A stretch of 64,000 bases of DNA from Flavobacteriales bacterium (GTDB taxonomy: Bacteria; Bacteroidota; Bacteroidia; Flavobacteriales_D; Crocinitomicaceae). The first letter of the stretch is position 1, and each line of letters opens with the position of its first letter. A model generated the notes under the pieces. It had not been told where the DNA came from and made no database searches. It saw only the letters and a program-made list of their open reading frames with translations. Shown here piece by piece: positions 46,951-57,359 of the stretch. Location: NCBI GenBank assembly GCA_947462255.1, contig CANHOA010000003.1:24891-88890 (forward strand), given 5' to 3'. The position numbers were made by a program, and so were the translations under genes.

Positions 46951-48867
46951 TCACTTTTCATCTACCCAATCACCATTCTCCTTAATCAAATCAATTAATG
47001 CCTGAACGGCCTCTGATTCGTTGATGTTTTTTCGAACCACCGTTTTTTCTTTGTATAAATGAATCTTTCCCGGCCCAGTACCCACATAACCATAGTCTGC
47101 ATCCGCCATTTCTCCCGGGCCATTGACAATACAACCCATTATACCAATTTTTAATCCTTTTAAATGTGCCGTTCGAGCACGTATTTTTGCGGTTGTTTCC
47201 TGTAAGTCGAAAAGCGTCCTTCCGCAAGAAGGGCAGGAAATGTATTCTGTTTTTGAAATTCTTGTTCGTGTGGCCTGTAAAATTCCAAATGCTGTAGAGT
47301 TGATAAACGTTTTCGCCTGTGTAGCACAAATCCATAAACCATCGCCGAAGCCATCAATAAGTGATGATCCTAAGTCACTAGAAACGCCAATTTGAAAGGT
47401 CTCTTGATCTGATTCTTCCGATTCAATAAATAGAATTATGGGGGCCTTTATCTCTAATTTCGCAATATTACAATATAAGTTGCGAAAAAAGTGCGTGTTC
47501 TGAACACCAAGACCTTTTGCAACTAATACCAAATTAGGATAATCTGCCATCACTTCACTTAGTTCGTTTGAGTTCGTAATAAAACAAAAGGCTTGTTGAT
47601 TTTGGGGTAATTCTAATAAATTTTCAACTGTAATTAAAGGATAAAACCCTTCTTTGTTGGAATAATTTTTTTTCCAGTTTTCATAGTTACACAAAATCCC
47701 TAATGTCCCTGGAACCTCAAAACTCAAGGTGTTTTCGCCAATATATACATAATCAGCCGCCTGATCCTGCAAATGCCACTTATCTAATTGAATAGAATAA
47801 TTATATCCAATCGCGTAAAAGTTAGCGGGCGTAATTATTTCTTTTTTAGAAAAATCCGCTATTACAACGGGTACATTTTTACCCCCTATATTGTGGACCG
47901 TTTTACTTTCTCTTCTATTGTATTCAAATGGATTGTATGGAAGCTTGTTGAGGCTTGAGTATTTCTCTGTAACTATTTTTGAATAGTGGTCTACTAATTT
48001 CTGAGCAACGGGAATTTCGTGCTCTGGTTCTTCGGTTAATGATACGCGTATAGTATCCCCGATACCATCTACTAAAAGCGACCCGATTCCAACCGCCGAC
48101 TTAATTCTTCCATCTTCACCATCACCAGCCTCTGTAACACCTAAATGCAGGGGGTAATATCGGTCATTCTTTATCATTTCTGAGCACAACAGTCGATAGG
48201 CCTGAACCATAACAAGAGTATTACTTGCTTTCATGGATACAACGAGTTGATCAAAATTATTTTTTTCGCAAATACGTATAAATTCCATTGCGGATTCGAC
48301 CATTCCTTCTGGTGTATCACCATAGCGACTTAATATTCTATCAGAAAGAGATCCGTGGTTGGTTCCAATTCGCATTGCTGTACCATGCTTTTTACATAAC
48401 AAAACGAGCGGAGTGAATTTCTCTTCAATTCGTTTCAATTCATCATTATAAGTATCGTCGGTATAATTAATTTCCTCAAATTTCTTTTTATCAGCATAAT
48501 TTCCCGGGTTTACCCTTACCTTCTCCACAATCGTTGCAGCAATCTCTGCCGCATTTGGTGTAAAATGAATGTCCGCTACCAATGGTGCAGAATAACCCGC
48601 GTCCCTTAACTGTTTCTTTATTTCTCTTAAATTTTCCGCCTCTTTCTTGCTTGGCGCAGTAAGTCTAACAATTTCGCAACCCGCCGTAATCATTCGGATA
48701 GATTGTGCAACAGATAAATCGGTATTCATGGTATCTGTTGTGGTCATCGACTGAATGCATATGGGGTTTTTTCCTCCCATTATTATGTCGCCAACACTAA
48801 CCTCCTTAGTAGGTAGGCGCTTCCTCTCAAACAAGTCAACGCAATACTTTAAATCTTCAATGCCCAT
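46951..48867 (-). CDS. ispG: 4-hydroxy-3-methylbut-2-en-1-yl diphosphate synthase (long form with insert domain)
   Basis: 638 aa with an N-terminal TIM-barrel part (IQSMTTTDT, VRLTAP), a ~250-aa insert, and a C-terminal 4Fe-4S part (CPSCGRT..GCIVNGPGE). Confidence 0.9.
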   Translation of the reverse strand: MGIEDLKYCVDLFERKRLPTKEVSVGDIIMGGKNPICIQSMTTTDTMNTDLSVAQSIRMITAGCEIVRLTAPSKKEAENLREIKKQLRDAGYSAPLVADIHFTPNAAEIAATIVEKVRVNPGNYADKKKFEEINYTDDTYNDELKRIEEKFTPLVLLCKKHGTAMRIGTNHGSLSDRILSRYGDTPEGMVESAMEFIRICEKNNFDQLVVSMKASNTLVMVQAYRLLCSEMIKNDRYYPLHLGVTEAGDGEDGRIKSAVGIGSLLVDGIGDTIRVSLTEEPEHEIPVAQKLVDHYSKIVTEKYSSLNKLPYNPFEYNRRESKTVHNIGGKNVPVVIADFSKKEIITPANFYAIGYNYSIQLDKWHLQDQAADYVYIGENTLSFEVPGTLGILCNYENWKKNYSNKEGFYPLITVENLLELPQNQQAFCFITNSNELSEVMADYPNLVLVAKGLGVQNTHFFRNLYCNIAKLEIKAPIILFIESEESDQETFQIGVSSDLGSSLIDGFGDGLWICATQAKTFINSTAFGILQATRTRISKTEYISCPSCGRTLFDLQETTAKIRARTAHLKGLKIGIMGCIVNGPGEMADADYGYVGTGPGKIHLYKEKTVVRKNINESEAVQALIDLIKENGDWVDEK

Positions 48868-48889
48868 CCTTTTTTAGGTATTAAAATGT

Positions 48890-48919
48890 CCGAACAAAGT
48901 TAGTTATTACTTTGTTCGG
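48890..48919 (-). terminator. Perfect 10-bp hairpin between the histidine kinase gene and ispG (possible terminator or attenuator)
   Basis: CCGAACAAAG-(10 nt)-CTTTGTTCGG. On the minus strand only a weak T-run follows (ACATTTTAAT). Confidence 0.45.
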
Positions 48920-48980
48920 TTTGTATGGCTTTGCACACGGAATTAACAATGGGTTTCGACACAAAATTATAAGAACAATG

Positions 48981-51900
48981 TTATTCGGTAATTTGATTAT
49001 CTAAAGTCGTTGGTAAAACAATCTTAAAGATTGTGCCTGAATCGGGTGAAGACACAAAAGATATTTGCCCACCGTGATTCTCTATAATTTGTTTAACGAT
49101 TGAAAGTCCTATTCCACTTCCTTTTGATTTCGTAGTGAAGTGCGGTGTGAAAATCTTTTCTTTCTCGTCGGCCGATATTCCTCTACCGTTATCTTGAATA
49201 GATAGAATAATGGACTGGTCCTGCTTATGTAATTGTAAATTTATTTGCGGATTAGCGCTATTTGAGCAAGCTTGAATGGCGTTTTTAATTATATTATTCA
49301 AAACCTGGATCCATTGTTCTTTGTCAATACTGAGGAAACAAGTGTCAATACTTGTTTCAAATCCTATGCGTACTTTTTTGTGAGAAGAGAACATTAAAAG
49401 TACACCCCCAACGGTTTGGACTAAATCCACTTGCGACCTGTTGGGCTCAGATAATTGGGCAAAACTTGAAAAGGCCTTTGCTATTTTTACTAATGCGTCT
49501 ATCTGCTCTATTATTGACTTTACAATTATTTCTAGTTTTTTCTTTGAATCTGGGTCGTTAGGGTCATAAACGCGCAACAATTGTTGAACACTCAATTTAA
49601 TCGGAGTTAGAGGGTTGTTTATTTCATGTGCTACTTGCTTTGCCATGTCTCTCCAGGCAGATTCCCGCTCATTAGATTTTAACTGATTAATTGCTACCTC
49701 TAATTCGTTAAGTTTATTATTATACGCATCGACTATCGTGCTTATTTCATCTTTTGCGGTATAAACTATGTGTTGATTCTGCTTTCCAAAACTAATGGAA
49801 CTCACCTTTAATTGAAGCTGTTTAAGTGGTTGAACTAGGCGAGTAGAAACTAATAATGATATAATAATGGCGCCGGCCAATAGTAAAATAAAAATGCTCA
49901 TAATAGACACTAAAAAGGACTGTATTTGCTTTTCATAGTCCTCTTGCTTGTTGAAATGTTGAATGTTTAAGTAGCCTAAAATTTGTTTGTTACCATTAAT
50001 AATTGGTGTGTAAACAGATTGGAAAGATAATTTTCCTATCGTCTCCTTTTGGGTATAAAGACTTGATTGTTGGAGTAAAGCCTGAAATGCTTGGGGGTTA
50101 ATTTGTTCACTTTGAAGGCCCATGCTAAATATTTTTGGCTTTGACGCCCCTAATAAATGACCTTTTACATCGTAAATATTAATGTCGGTGTCAAAAACAG
50201 ACGCTAATTTGGCCGTAAGCATTTCGAAAAACAATCCGTCTTTTGATTTTGTTAAGGTGTTGCTGAAATATATTTTATTAATTAATTCTACTTCTATCGA
50301 TTTGACTTTTTCAGTGATTATTTTATTATTAAATGATTCATATTGGCGACTTACAAAAAGGCCGCTTACTGCACCAAAAAAGATTAAAGAAAGGGCGACT
50401 AACGAAACAGACATTAATTGTATCTTTAAAGCAAGAGTCCAAGTAGACTTTCCTTTTTTAATAAATAAATAGGCGGTATTAATTACAACCATGAGTAGTC
50501 CCCAAAAACAAAAAACGTAAGAAAAAGAAGTTAAAATATCATAATTTGTTTTGATTTTTTCTGATAAGATCACAGCCCTGTCTTTTCCTTTGTAGGATAT
50601 ATGGTGATTATATCCCTCTTGGTCGAAAAAAAGAGCTGTTCCAGGAATTGTTTTATAAAAAGAAAGTTTTTTATGAAAATTAAAATCTCCATGCTTAGTT
50701 ACTAAGGTGCCTTCATAATATTTAGCAATAGAATAATGATTTATTTCTCTTAAAACGTTTGCCTCTTTTGATAATAGAAGTCTTGGGAATCCTATTTCCT
50801 CCGGTATTTTCTTTGATTTGAAAGTAAAAACCAAGGTGCCGATTTTATTAGGCATCGCTTGCTTTATTATATAATTATACCCTAAATGGGCGTCTTTTAG
50901 AAAGAAAATGTTTGAGTTTATTTCAGATTCTTGGCTGTGGTTTTCGAGTAAATCCTTGATTCGATTATAGTCTAATCCATCTTTAGTGATAATGGTGTTG
51001 TTAACTGTGTCGAATAAACTTACACTTAAGGAATAACCGTCCCAAAGCCCCGTAAAATACTTTTGCTCAAAAAAGTCACTAATTTGAGAGGAACTTAATG
51101 TGCTTTCTGCATGATTAAAATACCCTAAGACCGATGTGTCTGTGATTATCTCTTGTTGAAAGGTTGTATAATTTAATTCTGCTTCATAATCTCTATCTGT
51201 TAGAAGTTGGTTGGCATATATTTCTCGGCTTGCTTTTTCTTTGAATTGATTGTGGATCGATAATTCACTAATAAAACAAGAAGAAAATAATACCAGTGTC
51301 AGTAGTTGTAATATAATCTTATTGCCTCCTTTTGAAGTGATTTGAGTTATGGATGCAATGCAAACTAAAAGGGTTGGTATAAGTAGGGTTAATGAAGCAT
51401 TATCATTAAATTGATATCCAACTAATAGGAAGACAAGCGTGATAATTAGAATAAAACTCCATCGTAATGTTTTTGACGAAATTATTTCATTAAATTGGCT
51501 AGTCACTTTAAAAAGCAAATAGTAATAGCTATAAAAGATTGCTGCAACCATCACTACCAAGGTGTAGGAATATACCGTGAGGGTAAATGGGAGGTTTAAG
51601 GTTAATGAAATCGTTGAATTTTGAACAATTATCTCCAAAAGATCAATGATTAACCACCATATATAAAAAAGCAATAGCAATAAAAAATAGCTCAAAAACC
51701 TATTTTTTATTTTTATACCCCAATTAAAAAGAATGAAAATTCCATAAATAATTACACTAGTATTTACGAGTAAACTCAGGATGTTTGGGAACAAGCTGTT
51801 GAGGGCAAATAAATTAGCTGATTGGTATTCTTGGTTATGAAAAATGTCTAACGGTAAATAATAAAGCACGAAAATCCTTATTGCTATCACTATTACTAAA

Positions 51901-52586
51901 GAAAATGCGCTATAAACAGGGTTGTTTTTTGTTAAAAAATAAAGTCCAAACAACAGAAATACGCAGGATAACACCAATAAAACAAAGGTTATATTGCCAT
52001 TTGCAGCAAAAGAATTTAGATTGGGGTTGTTTTTAATATAGAATACGTGATTGCCTTTGTTGTCTTTTATTGAATAAGTGCCTGTTTTAGATAAAATAAT
52101 AGTGGCGGGGCCATTATAAAGAGAAGTATTAAAGGTGTTTTCAAGGTATTCGTTTTCGATTTGATAGTCATGCTGAATTAATATCGAACCTTGAATAATA
52201 GTATCTCCTTTAACCTTAGAGCTAATATAATAATAACCATTTTTTAATTTATAGACGCCCTGCTTTGGTTTTAAGGATGTTAAATGCGCCTCCATGGGCA
52301 TTTGCGTGGTATTCCATGATACTAACTCTTTATTTATATAGGTGTGGAAAAGAAACCCAGTTTTATCTGCTTTTGGTTTTTTTGCGTTCGCTATTGCATT
52401 ATCTAGTTGTTTTTCTAATTCTGCTACTTGATGTGAAAATTCAACTTGAATTTTTTGATGAATCGAATGATTTATTTTTGTCGTGTTATCGCGAATATCA
52501 AAAAGGAGTGCTGCTGCAAAAAACAGAGCGGAAAATAAAAACCAACTGGTCTTTTTAAGATACTTTAGTACCGTTATTTTTGTCAA
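48981..52586 (-). CDS. Very large multi-pass sensor histidine kinase (NtrY-like transmitter)
   Basis: 1201 aa with more than 10 predicted TM segments and two or three large extracytoplasmic regions. It has a HAMP-like linker, the H-box AKQVAHEINNPLTPIKLS, the N-box NNIIKNAIQA, G1 QDNGRGI and G2 GSGIGLS. Its TTG start lies 2 nt after the udk stop. Confidence 0.85.
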   Translation of the reverse strand: MTKITVLKYLKKTSWFLFSALFFAAALLFDIRDNTTKINHSIHQKIQVEFSHQVAELEKQLDNAIANAKKPKADKTGFLFHTYINKELVSWNTTQMPMEAHLTSLKPKQGVYKLKNGYYYISSKVKGDTIIQGSILIQHDYQIENEYLENTFNTSLYNGPATIILSKTGTYSIKDNKGNHVFYIKNNPNLNSFAANGNITFVLLVLSCVFLLFGLYFLTKNNPVYSAFSLVIVIAIRIFVLYYLPLDIFHNQEYQSANLFALNSLFPNILSLLVNTSVIIYGIFILFNWGIKIKNRFLSYFLLLLLFYIWWLIIDLLEIIVQNSTISLTLNLPFTLTVYSYTLVVMVAAIFYSYYYLLFKVTSQFNEIISSKTLRWSFILIITLVFLLVGYQFNDNASLTLLIPTLLVCIASITQITSKGGNKIILQLLTLVLFSSCFISELSIHNQFKEKASREIYANQLLTDRDYEAELNYTTFQQEIITDTSVLGYFNHAESTLSSSQISDFFEQKYFTGLWDGYSLSVSLFDTVNNTIITKDGLDYNRIKDLLENHSQESEINSNIFFLKDAHLGYNYIIKQAMPNKIGTLVFTFKSKKIPEEIGFPRLLLSKEANVLREINHYSIAKYYEGTLVTKHGDFNFHKKLSFYKTIPGTALFFDQEGYNHHISYKGKDRAVILSEKIKTNYDILTSFSYVFCFWGLLMVVINTAYLFIKKGKSTWTLALKIQLMSVSLVALSLIFFGAVSGLFVSRQYESFNNKIITEKVKSIEVELINKIYFSNTLTKSKDGLFFEMLTAKLASVFDTDINIYDVKGHLLGASKPKIFSMGLQSEQINPQAFQALLQQSSLYTQKETIGKLSFQSVYTPIINGNKQILGYLNIQHFNKQEDYEKQIQSFLVSIMSIFILLLAGAIIISLLVSTRLVQPLKQLQLKVSSISFGKQNQHIVYTAKDEISTIVDAYNNKLNELEVAINQLKSNERESAWRDMAKQVAHEINNPLTPIKLSVQQLLRVYDPNDPDSKKKLEIIVKSIIEQIDALVKIAKAFSSFAQLSEPNRSQVDLVQTVGGVLLMFSSHKKVRIGFETSIDTCFLSIDKEQWIQVLNNIIKNAIQACSNSANPQINLQLHKQDQSIILSIQDNGRGISADEKEKIFTPHFTTKSKGSGIGLSIVKQIIENHGGQISFVSSPDSGTIFKIVLPTTLDNQITE

Positions 52587-52588
52587 TT

Positions 52589-53230
52589 TTACTTTAAATT
52601 TAATACTTTCAATTCCATTGAACTTATTAATTGATTAAAATCTTCGTCAGCATGGTGATCGTTGCGATAAATAAAATTTGCACTACTCTTATAGGGTAGA
52701 ATGTAATTGTTGTAACAAGGTAATGCGTGGTTTTCCCATTGATAAATAATATCTGCTCTGCTATACCCTCTTGTTTCTTGGTCGCGGTAAATTCGCCTAT
52801 CCAACTGTATTTCATGCTCAACATCTACAAATATGGTGTAATCAAGTAGTTTTTTAACGCCCGAATAGTGGAAAAGGAAAAGCCCTTCAACAATAATCAA
52901 TCGACTCGGTTGTATCGTTAATAGTACATTTTTATTCGGTGTTGAATTAAAAAAATATTCTTTCACTTCGATCGGCTCACCTTGAGATAAGGTGCTTATA
53001 TCCTTCGTAAGTTGAACCTCGTTTAATGCTGTGGGTAAATCAAAATTAACTATGTTTTTGCTGTCTTTTTGCTGCTGGTCTATTGGATTGTAATAGTTGT
53101 CCATGCTGAATATCGCTGGGTTTTCTTTGTTGAAAAATTCCGCGAGACGTCGTAACAAAGTTGTTTTTCCTGATCCGCTTCCACCACCTATTCCAATAAT
53201 AATCGTTTTACCTTGAAACTCATTGTTCAT
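52589..53230 (-). CDS. udk: Uridine kinase
   Basis: 213 aa with the P-loop GIGGGSGSGKTT and a length and C-terminal half typical of Udk. Confidence 0.85.
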   Translation of the reverse strand: MNNEFQGKTIIIGIGGGSGSGKTTLLRRLAEFFNKENPAIFSMDNYYNPIDQQQKDSKNIVNFDLPTALNEVQLTKDISTLSQGEPIEVKEYFFNSTPNKNVLLTIQPSRLIIVEGLFLFHYSGVKKLLDYTIFVDVEHEIQLDRRIYRDQETRGYSRADIIYQWENHALPCYNNYILPYKSSANFIYRNDHHADEDFNQLISSMELKVLNLK

Positions 53231-53339
53231 AATATTACAAAAATAATGATTTACAAAGACTTTCGATTGGTCTCTAAAGTTGTTTTTTATATTTTAATGT
53301 GTAGTTTTGACTTATTATTGTTTTTCTAATTTTCGTATA

Positions 53340-53951
53340 ATGGCTCGCTTGTTTCTTTCCTTCTGTTTTTTATTGCTTGGTTCAACTCTTTTAGGACAAT
53401 TAAACCTTAAAGATAATGCGCCCCTTGCAAACGAGGTTTTGCCTTCTGCTAATTCAGAAGGGCTTTCCCTAAGCCTTGCAGCTAAAAAAAATGGTTTAGT
53501 GGTTGTTTTTAGTTGTAACACCTGCCCATTTGTTGTTGGTAGCGAAAGTTTTCCCGGGTGGGAAAATCAATACAACACCCTGTTTGATCAAGCTGTTCTG
53601 CAGGAAATAGGGTTTATTCTTGTTAATTCCAATGAAGGTAAACGAGACGGTGCAGATTCATTCACAGAAATGCAAAAGCATGCGCTGGATAATGGATATA
53701 AAATGCCTTATTTAATAGACAATAACTCCTTACTAGCAAATGCTTTTGGTGCTAAAACCACCCCTCATGTATATTTTTTTGACGAAAACCTTAGCTTGAT
53801 TTATCATGGTTCAATTGATAATATCTGGGATAAAGAACGTAAAGAAACAATTGCTTATTTAAGCAACGCAATGCTAGCAAAAAATACAGGAAATAAAATT
53901 AAAATTAAACAAAGCGCCCCTAAAGGTTGTAGTATAAAAAGAAAACAATAA
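53340..53951 (+). CDS. Secreted thioredoxin-fold (redoxin-like) protein
   Basis: Signal peptide MARLFLSFCFLLLGSTLLGQ and a CxxC motif (SCNTCPF). ATG 53340 is preferred over the TTG at 53307. Confidence 0.7.
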   Translation: MARLFLSFCFLLLGSTLLGQLNLKDNAPLANEVLPSANSEGLSLSLAAKKNGLVVVFSCNTCPFVVGSESFPGWENQYNTLFDQAVLQEIGFILVNSNEGKRDGADSFTEMQKHALDNGYKMPYLIDNNSLLANAFGAKTTPHVYFFDENLSLIYHGSIDNIWDKERKETIAYLSNAMLAKNTGNKIKIKQSAPKGCSIKRKQ

Positions 53952-53961
53952 ATCCTTAAAA

Positions 53962-56220
53962 ATGAGTATTAAACTATTTTTTATCCTTTTTCTTATCGCA
54001 TTTTCAGCAGCGGCACAGCAAGGAGATGGGGGTATACCTAACAGTTATAAGTTAATTGGAGATACTAAATCCTTAGATAAAATTTCTTTTGAGCAACCTG
54101 ATATATCCTTATTAAGAGCTGAGGATTTACTAACTGATGAAGCTGGGTCGGCTCCTTGGCGTTTTGGGTTCAATAATTATTGCGCTGTTTCTTTGTCTAA
54201 TAGCGGGACATGGACTGTTTTGCCTAACGGTAATAAAATATGGCGTTTATTGGTTCATTGTGAAAAAGCATTGACAGTTAACCTAACTTTTAAAAATGTA
54301 AGTATTCCAGAAGGAAATGAACTTTTTGTCTATAATCCTGATAAATCATTTGTCCTGGGGAAATTTACCGCTTATCACACGTATGATGGCCAATTAGGAA
54401 CAGAACTTGTTCCGGGTGAAGATGCTATTATAGAATATTTTATTCCTTTTAATAATCCTGTTGGAAACATAGAATTAGGGATAGTAACTCATGGGTACAG
54501 GCAATCAGCTGAATTTCAAGAGAAAGCATTTGGTAGCTCTGGGGGTTGTAACATCAATGCAAATTGCCCTCAAGGCAACCCGTGGAATCTTGAAAAGAAA
54601 GGGGCAATGATGCTTGTTTCTGGAAGTAATGGATTCTGCTCTGGGGCTTTGGTTAATAATGTTTTAAACGATGGAAAACCATACGTCCTTACTGCCAACC
54701 ATTGCTACAGCAATCCCGCCTCTTGGATTTTTCGATTTCAATGGGAAGCCGCAGGGTGCACTAATCCGGCCAGTTCACCAAGTTACCAATCGCTAAACGG
54801 TGCTGTTTTAAGGGCTCGAGCCAGCGAATCTGATTTTTGCTTGGTTGAAATTACCGGTGGACTTCAAGGTGGTACCGTTCCCTCTGTTTTAACTCCCTAT
54901 TTCTGTGGGTGGGATAGGTCCGGCGCCATACCAAGTTCTTGTGTTGGTATTCACCACCCATCAGGAGATATTAAAAAAATATCATTTGAAAACGATCCAT
55001 TAATCTCAACAACTTTTGGAGGTGCGCCTGCCAATAGCCATTGGGGTATCACTTCATGGGATGAGGGTGTTACTGAGCCTGGATCATCAGGTTCTCCGAT
55101 TTTTGATCAAAACCATAGAATTGTTGGTCAACTCCATGGTGGAGCTTCTGCTTGTGGGGCTTCTGCCTTGTCGGATGAATACGGAAAATTTAGCTACTCT
55201 TGGAATCCTGTAAGTAGTGATAGCTCGACGCAACTCAAATACTGGCTAGATCCAAGTAATTCAGGAGCGCAATTTATCAATGGGTATGACCCTTCTGGCG
55301 GCATATCCGTTCAGGTAGATCCCTCTATAGGAGACTTGAATGGGGCTTCTGGTGTATTTTGTGGAGCTGACGTTACAGTTACATTTACACTTTCCAACAG
55401 CGGAGTAGTGCCCTTAAACTCAGCAACCATAAATTATGGTTTTGACGGAAACAATAATTTATCATACAATTGGGTTGGAAGCTTAGCGCAATGGCAATCT
55501 ACTACCATAACACTGCCAACCGCGAGCTTAAGCAACGGAAACCATACCTTCAGTGCTTCTGTGTCCAACCCAAATACAGGAGTAGATGAAAACCTATTAA
55601 ACAACGCGGTAAATAGTTCTTTCGTGGTGGTAATCGACGGACAATCCGTAGTCATGGACCTCACCTTAGATTGTTATGGATCTGAAACCTCTTGGGAATT
55701 ACTTAATGCTTCGGGGACTGTTTTGTTCTCCAATAATGGCTACCAAGACAATGCAGCGGGTTTAGTCAGTGAAAGTTGGTGTCTTGGTTATGGTTGCTAC
55801 ACGTATGAAATTAACGATTCGTATGGAGATGGAATTGTTGGCATTCCTTGGTGCCAGGCCAGTGGCCAATTGGAAATTTCATACCTTGGTGATTCTTTAA
55901 CAGGTATCTCGATAGACTCTTCTGATTTCGGCGACCAAGCCATCCTAAACTTCTGCATCAGCGAAAACGGACTAGATATCAACAGCCACGATAACATACA
56001 ACTTTATCCGAACCCAAGCTCAGATATATTATTCATAAATAGTGCGCAACCACTGCAAGAGTTAAAAGTATATGATGTCTCTGGAAAAATTTGGATGACA
56101 TCTAAGCAAACTAACTCAACACAAGCACTAAATGTGGGAGCATTATCAGCAGGATATTATTGGCTTGTTGCTACTGCTCAAAATGGCCAATTGTATAGAA
56201 AAGAGTTTATTAAAAGGTAA
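53962..56220 (+). CDS. T9SS type A-secreted trypsin-fold serine endopeptidase (lysyl-endopeptidase-like)
   Basis: 752 aa with a signal peptide. The His context is LTANHC and the Ser context is EPGSSGSPIFD. A CARDB-like domain follows. The C-terminal tail is IQLYPNPSSDILFINS..GYYWLVATAQNG. Confidence 0.8.
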   Translation: MSIKLFFILFLIAFSAAAQQGDGGIPNSYKLIGDTKSLDKISFEQPDISLLRAEDLLTDEAGSAPWRFGFNNYCAVSLSNSGTWTVLPNGNKIWRLLVHCEKALTVNLTFKNVSIPEGNELFVYNPDKSFVLGKFTAYHTYDGQLGTELVPGEDAIIEYFIPFNNPVGNIELGIVTHGYRQSAEFQEKAFGSSGGCNINANCPQGNPWNLEKKGAMMLVSGSNGFCSGALVNNVLNDGKPYVLTANHCYSNPASWIFRFQWEAAGCTNPASSPSYQSLNGAVLRARASESDFCLVEITGGLQGGTVPSVLTPYFCGWDRSGAIPSSCVGIHHPSGDIKKISFENDPLISTTFGGAPANSHWGITSWDEGVTEPGSSGSPIFDQNHRIVGQLHGGASACGASALSDEYGKFSYSWNPVSSDSSTQLKYWLDPSNSGAQFINGYDPSGGISVQVDPSIGDLNGASGVFCGADVTVTFTLSNSGVVPLNSATINYGFDGNNNLSYNWVGSLAQWQSTTITLPTASLSNGNHTFSASVSNPNTGVDENLLNNAVNSSFVVVIDGQSVVMDLTLDCYGSETSWELLNASGTVLFSNNGYQDNAAGLVSESWCLGYGCYTYEINDSYGDGIVGIPWCQASGQLEISYLGDSLTGISIDSSDFGDQAILNFCISENGLDINSHDNIQLYPNPSSDILFINSAQPLQELKVYDVSGKIWMTSKQTNSTQALNVGALSAGYYWLVATAQNGQLYRKEFIKR

Positions 56221-56225
56221 TTCAT

Positions 56226-57359
56226 TTGGCTGGGATTTATCTTCACATTCCATTTTGTAAACAGCGTTGCTCGTATTGCGATTTTCATTTTTCTACGCAA
56301 TACACTACGTATAAACAGGCCTTAATTTTGGCCATGTGCAATGAAATTCAACTCAGAAAAACCGAGGTGATAGAGGGAATTGATACCATATATTTTGGGG
56401 GAGGAACACCTAGTCTATTAAACAAAGAGGAATTAGGCCTACTCCTTGAATCAATACACAAAATTGGAACCATTAACACACAGCCAGAAATAACACTCGA
56501 GGTGAACCCGGAAGATTGTACTAAGCAAAAATTAAACGACTGGTTAGAATTGGGTTTTAATCGATTAAGTATTGGTTTGCAGTCGTTTATGGATGCTGAT
56601 TTACAATGGATGAATCGTTCACATGATGCAAAACAAGCAATAAAAGCGGTTAAAGATGCTCGAAAAGCTGGATTTAAAACCATCTCGGTGGATTTAATCT
56701 ATGGACTCCCGAACTTGAAACAAAAAGATTGGTTGGACAACTTAAAGAAAGCACTTGCATTAAGCCCAGACCACATCTCCGCTTACTGTCTTACTGTTGA
56801 GGCTAAAACATCCCTGTCTAGTTGGGTTAAAACGGGCCAAGTTATTCCTTTAGAAGATGAATTGCAAAATCAACAATTCAACGACATGGTTCTCTTTTTA
56901 GCAAAGAATGGTTTTGAGCAATATGAAATTTCAAACTTTGCTAAAAACGGTAACTATGCAAAACATAATACGGCATATTGGCAAGGAAAAAAATATATGG
57001 GAATTGGACCATCAGCTCATTCATTTGACGGTGAAAAAAGGCGCTGGAATATTAGCAACAACATAGCATATTACAAAAACGTTGGCTTAAACGAAACATG
57101 GTATAAAGAAGAAGTTTTAAGTATTCAAGAGCAATGGAATGAATTTGTTCTTACCAACCTACGAACTAAATGGGGTATTAATAAAGAGAAAGCCTTACTG
57201 TTTGGTGGAATAAATAAAAACGAACTTGTTTTTATAACAAAACACCTAAAAAATGATTTGCTGATAGAAACAGATGAAACATTTATTCTCTCTACAAAAG
57301 GAAAACTATATGCCGACGGTATCGCTAGTGATCTTTTCCGAGTTAATCAACTCAACTAA
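56226..57359 (+). CDS. hemW: Radical SAM heme chaperone HemW / oxygen-independent coproporphyrinogen oxidase-like
   Basis: 377 aa with IYLHIPFCKQRCSYCDF (CxxxCxxC) and GGGTPS. An obligatory TTG start lies 5 nt after the protease stop. Confidence 0.85.
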   Translation: MAGIYLHIPFCKQRCSYCDFHFSTQYTTYKQALILAMCNEIQLRKTEVIEGIDTIYFGGGTPSLLNKEELGLLLESIHKIGTINTQPEITLEVNPEDCTKQKLNDWLELGFNRLSIGLQSFMDADLQWMNRSHDAKQAIKAVKDARKAGFKTISVDLIYGLPNLKQKDWLDNLKKALALSPDHISAYCLTVEAKTSLSSWVKTGQVIPLEDELQNQQFNDMVLFLAKNGFEQYEISNFAKNGNYAKHNTAYWQGKKYMGIGPSAHSFDGEKRRWNISNNIAYYKNVGLNETWYKEEVLSIQEQWNEFVLTNLRTKWGINKEKALLFGGINKNELVFITKHLKNDLLIETDETFILSTKGKLYADGIASDLFRVNQLN

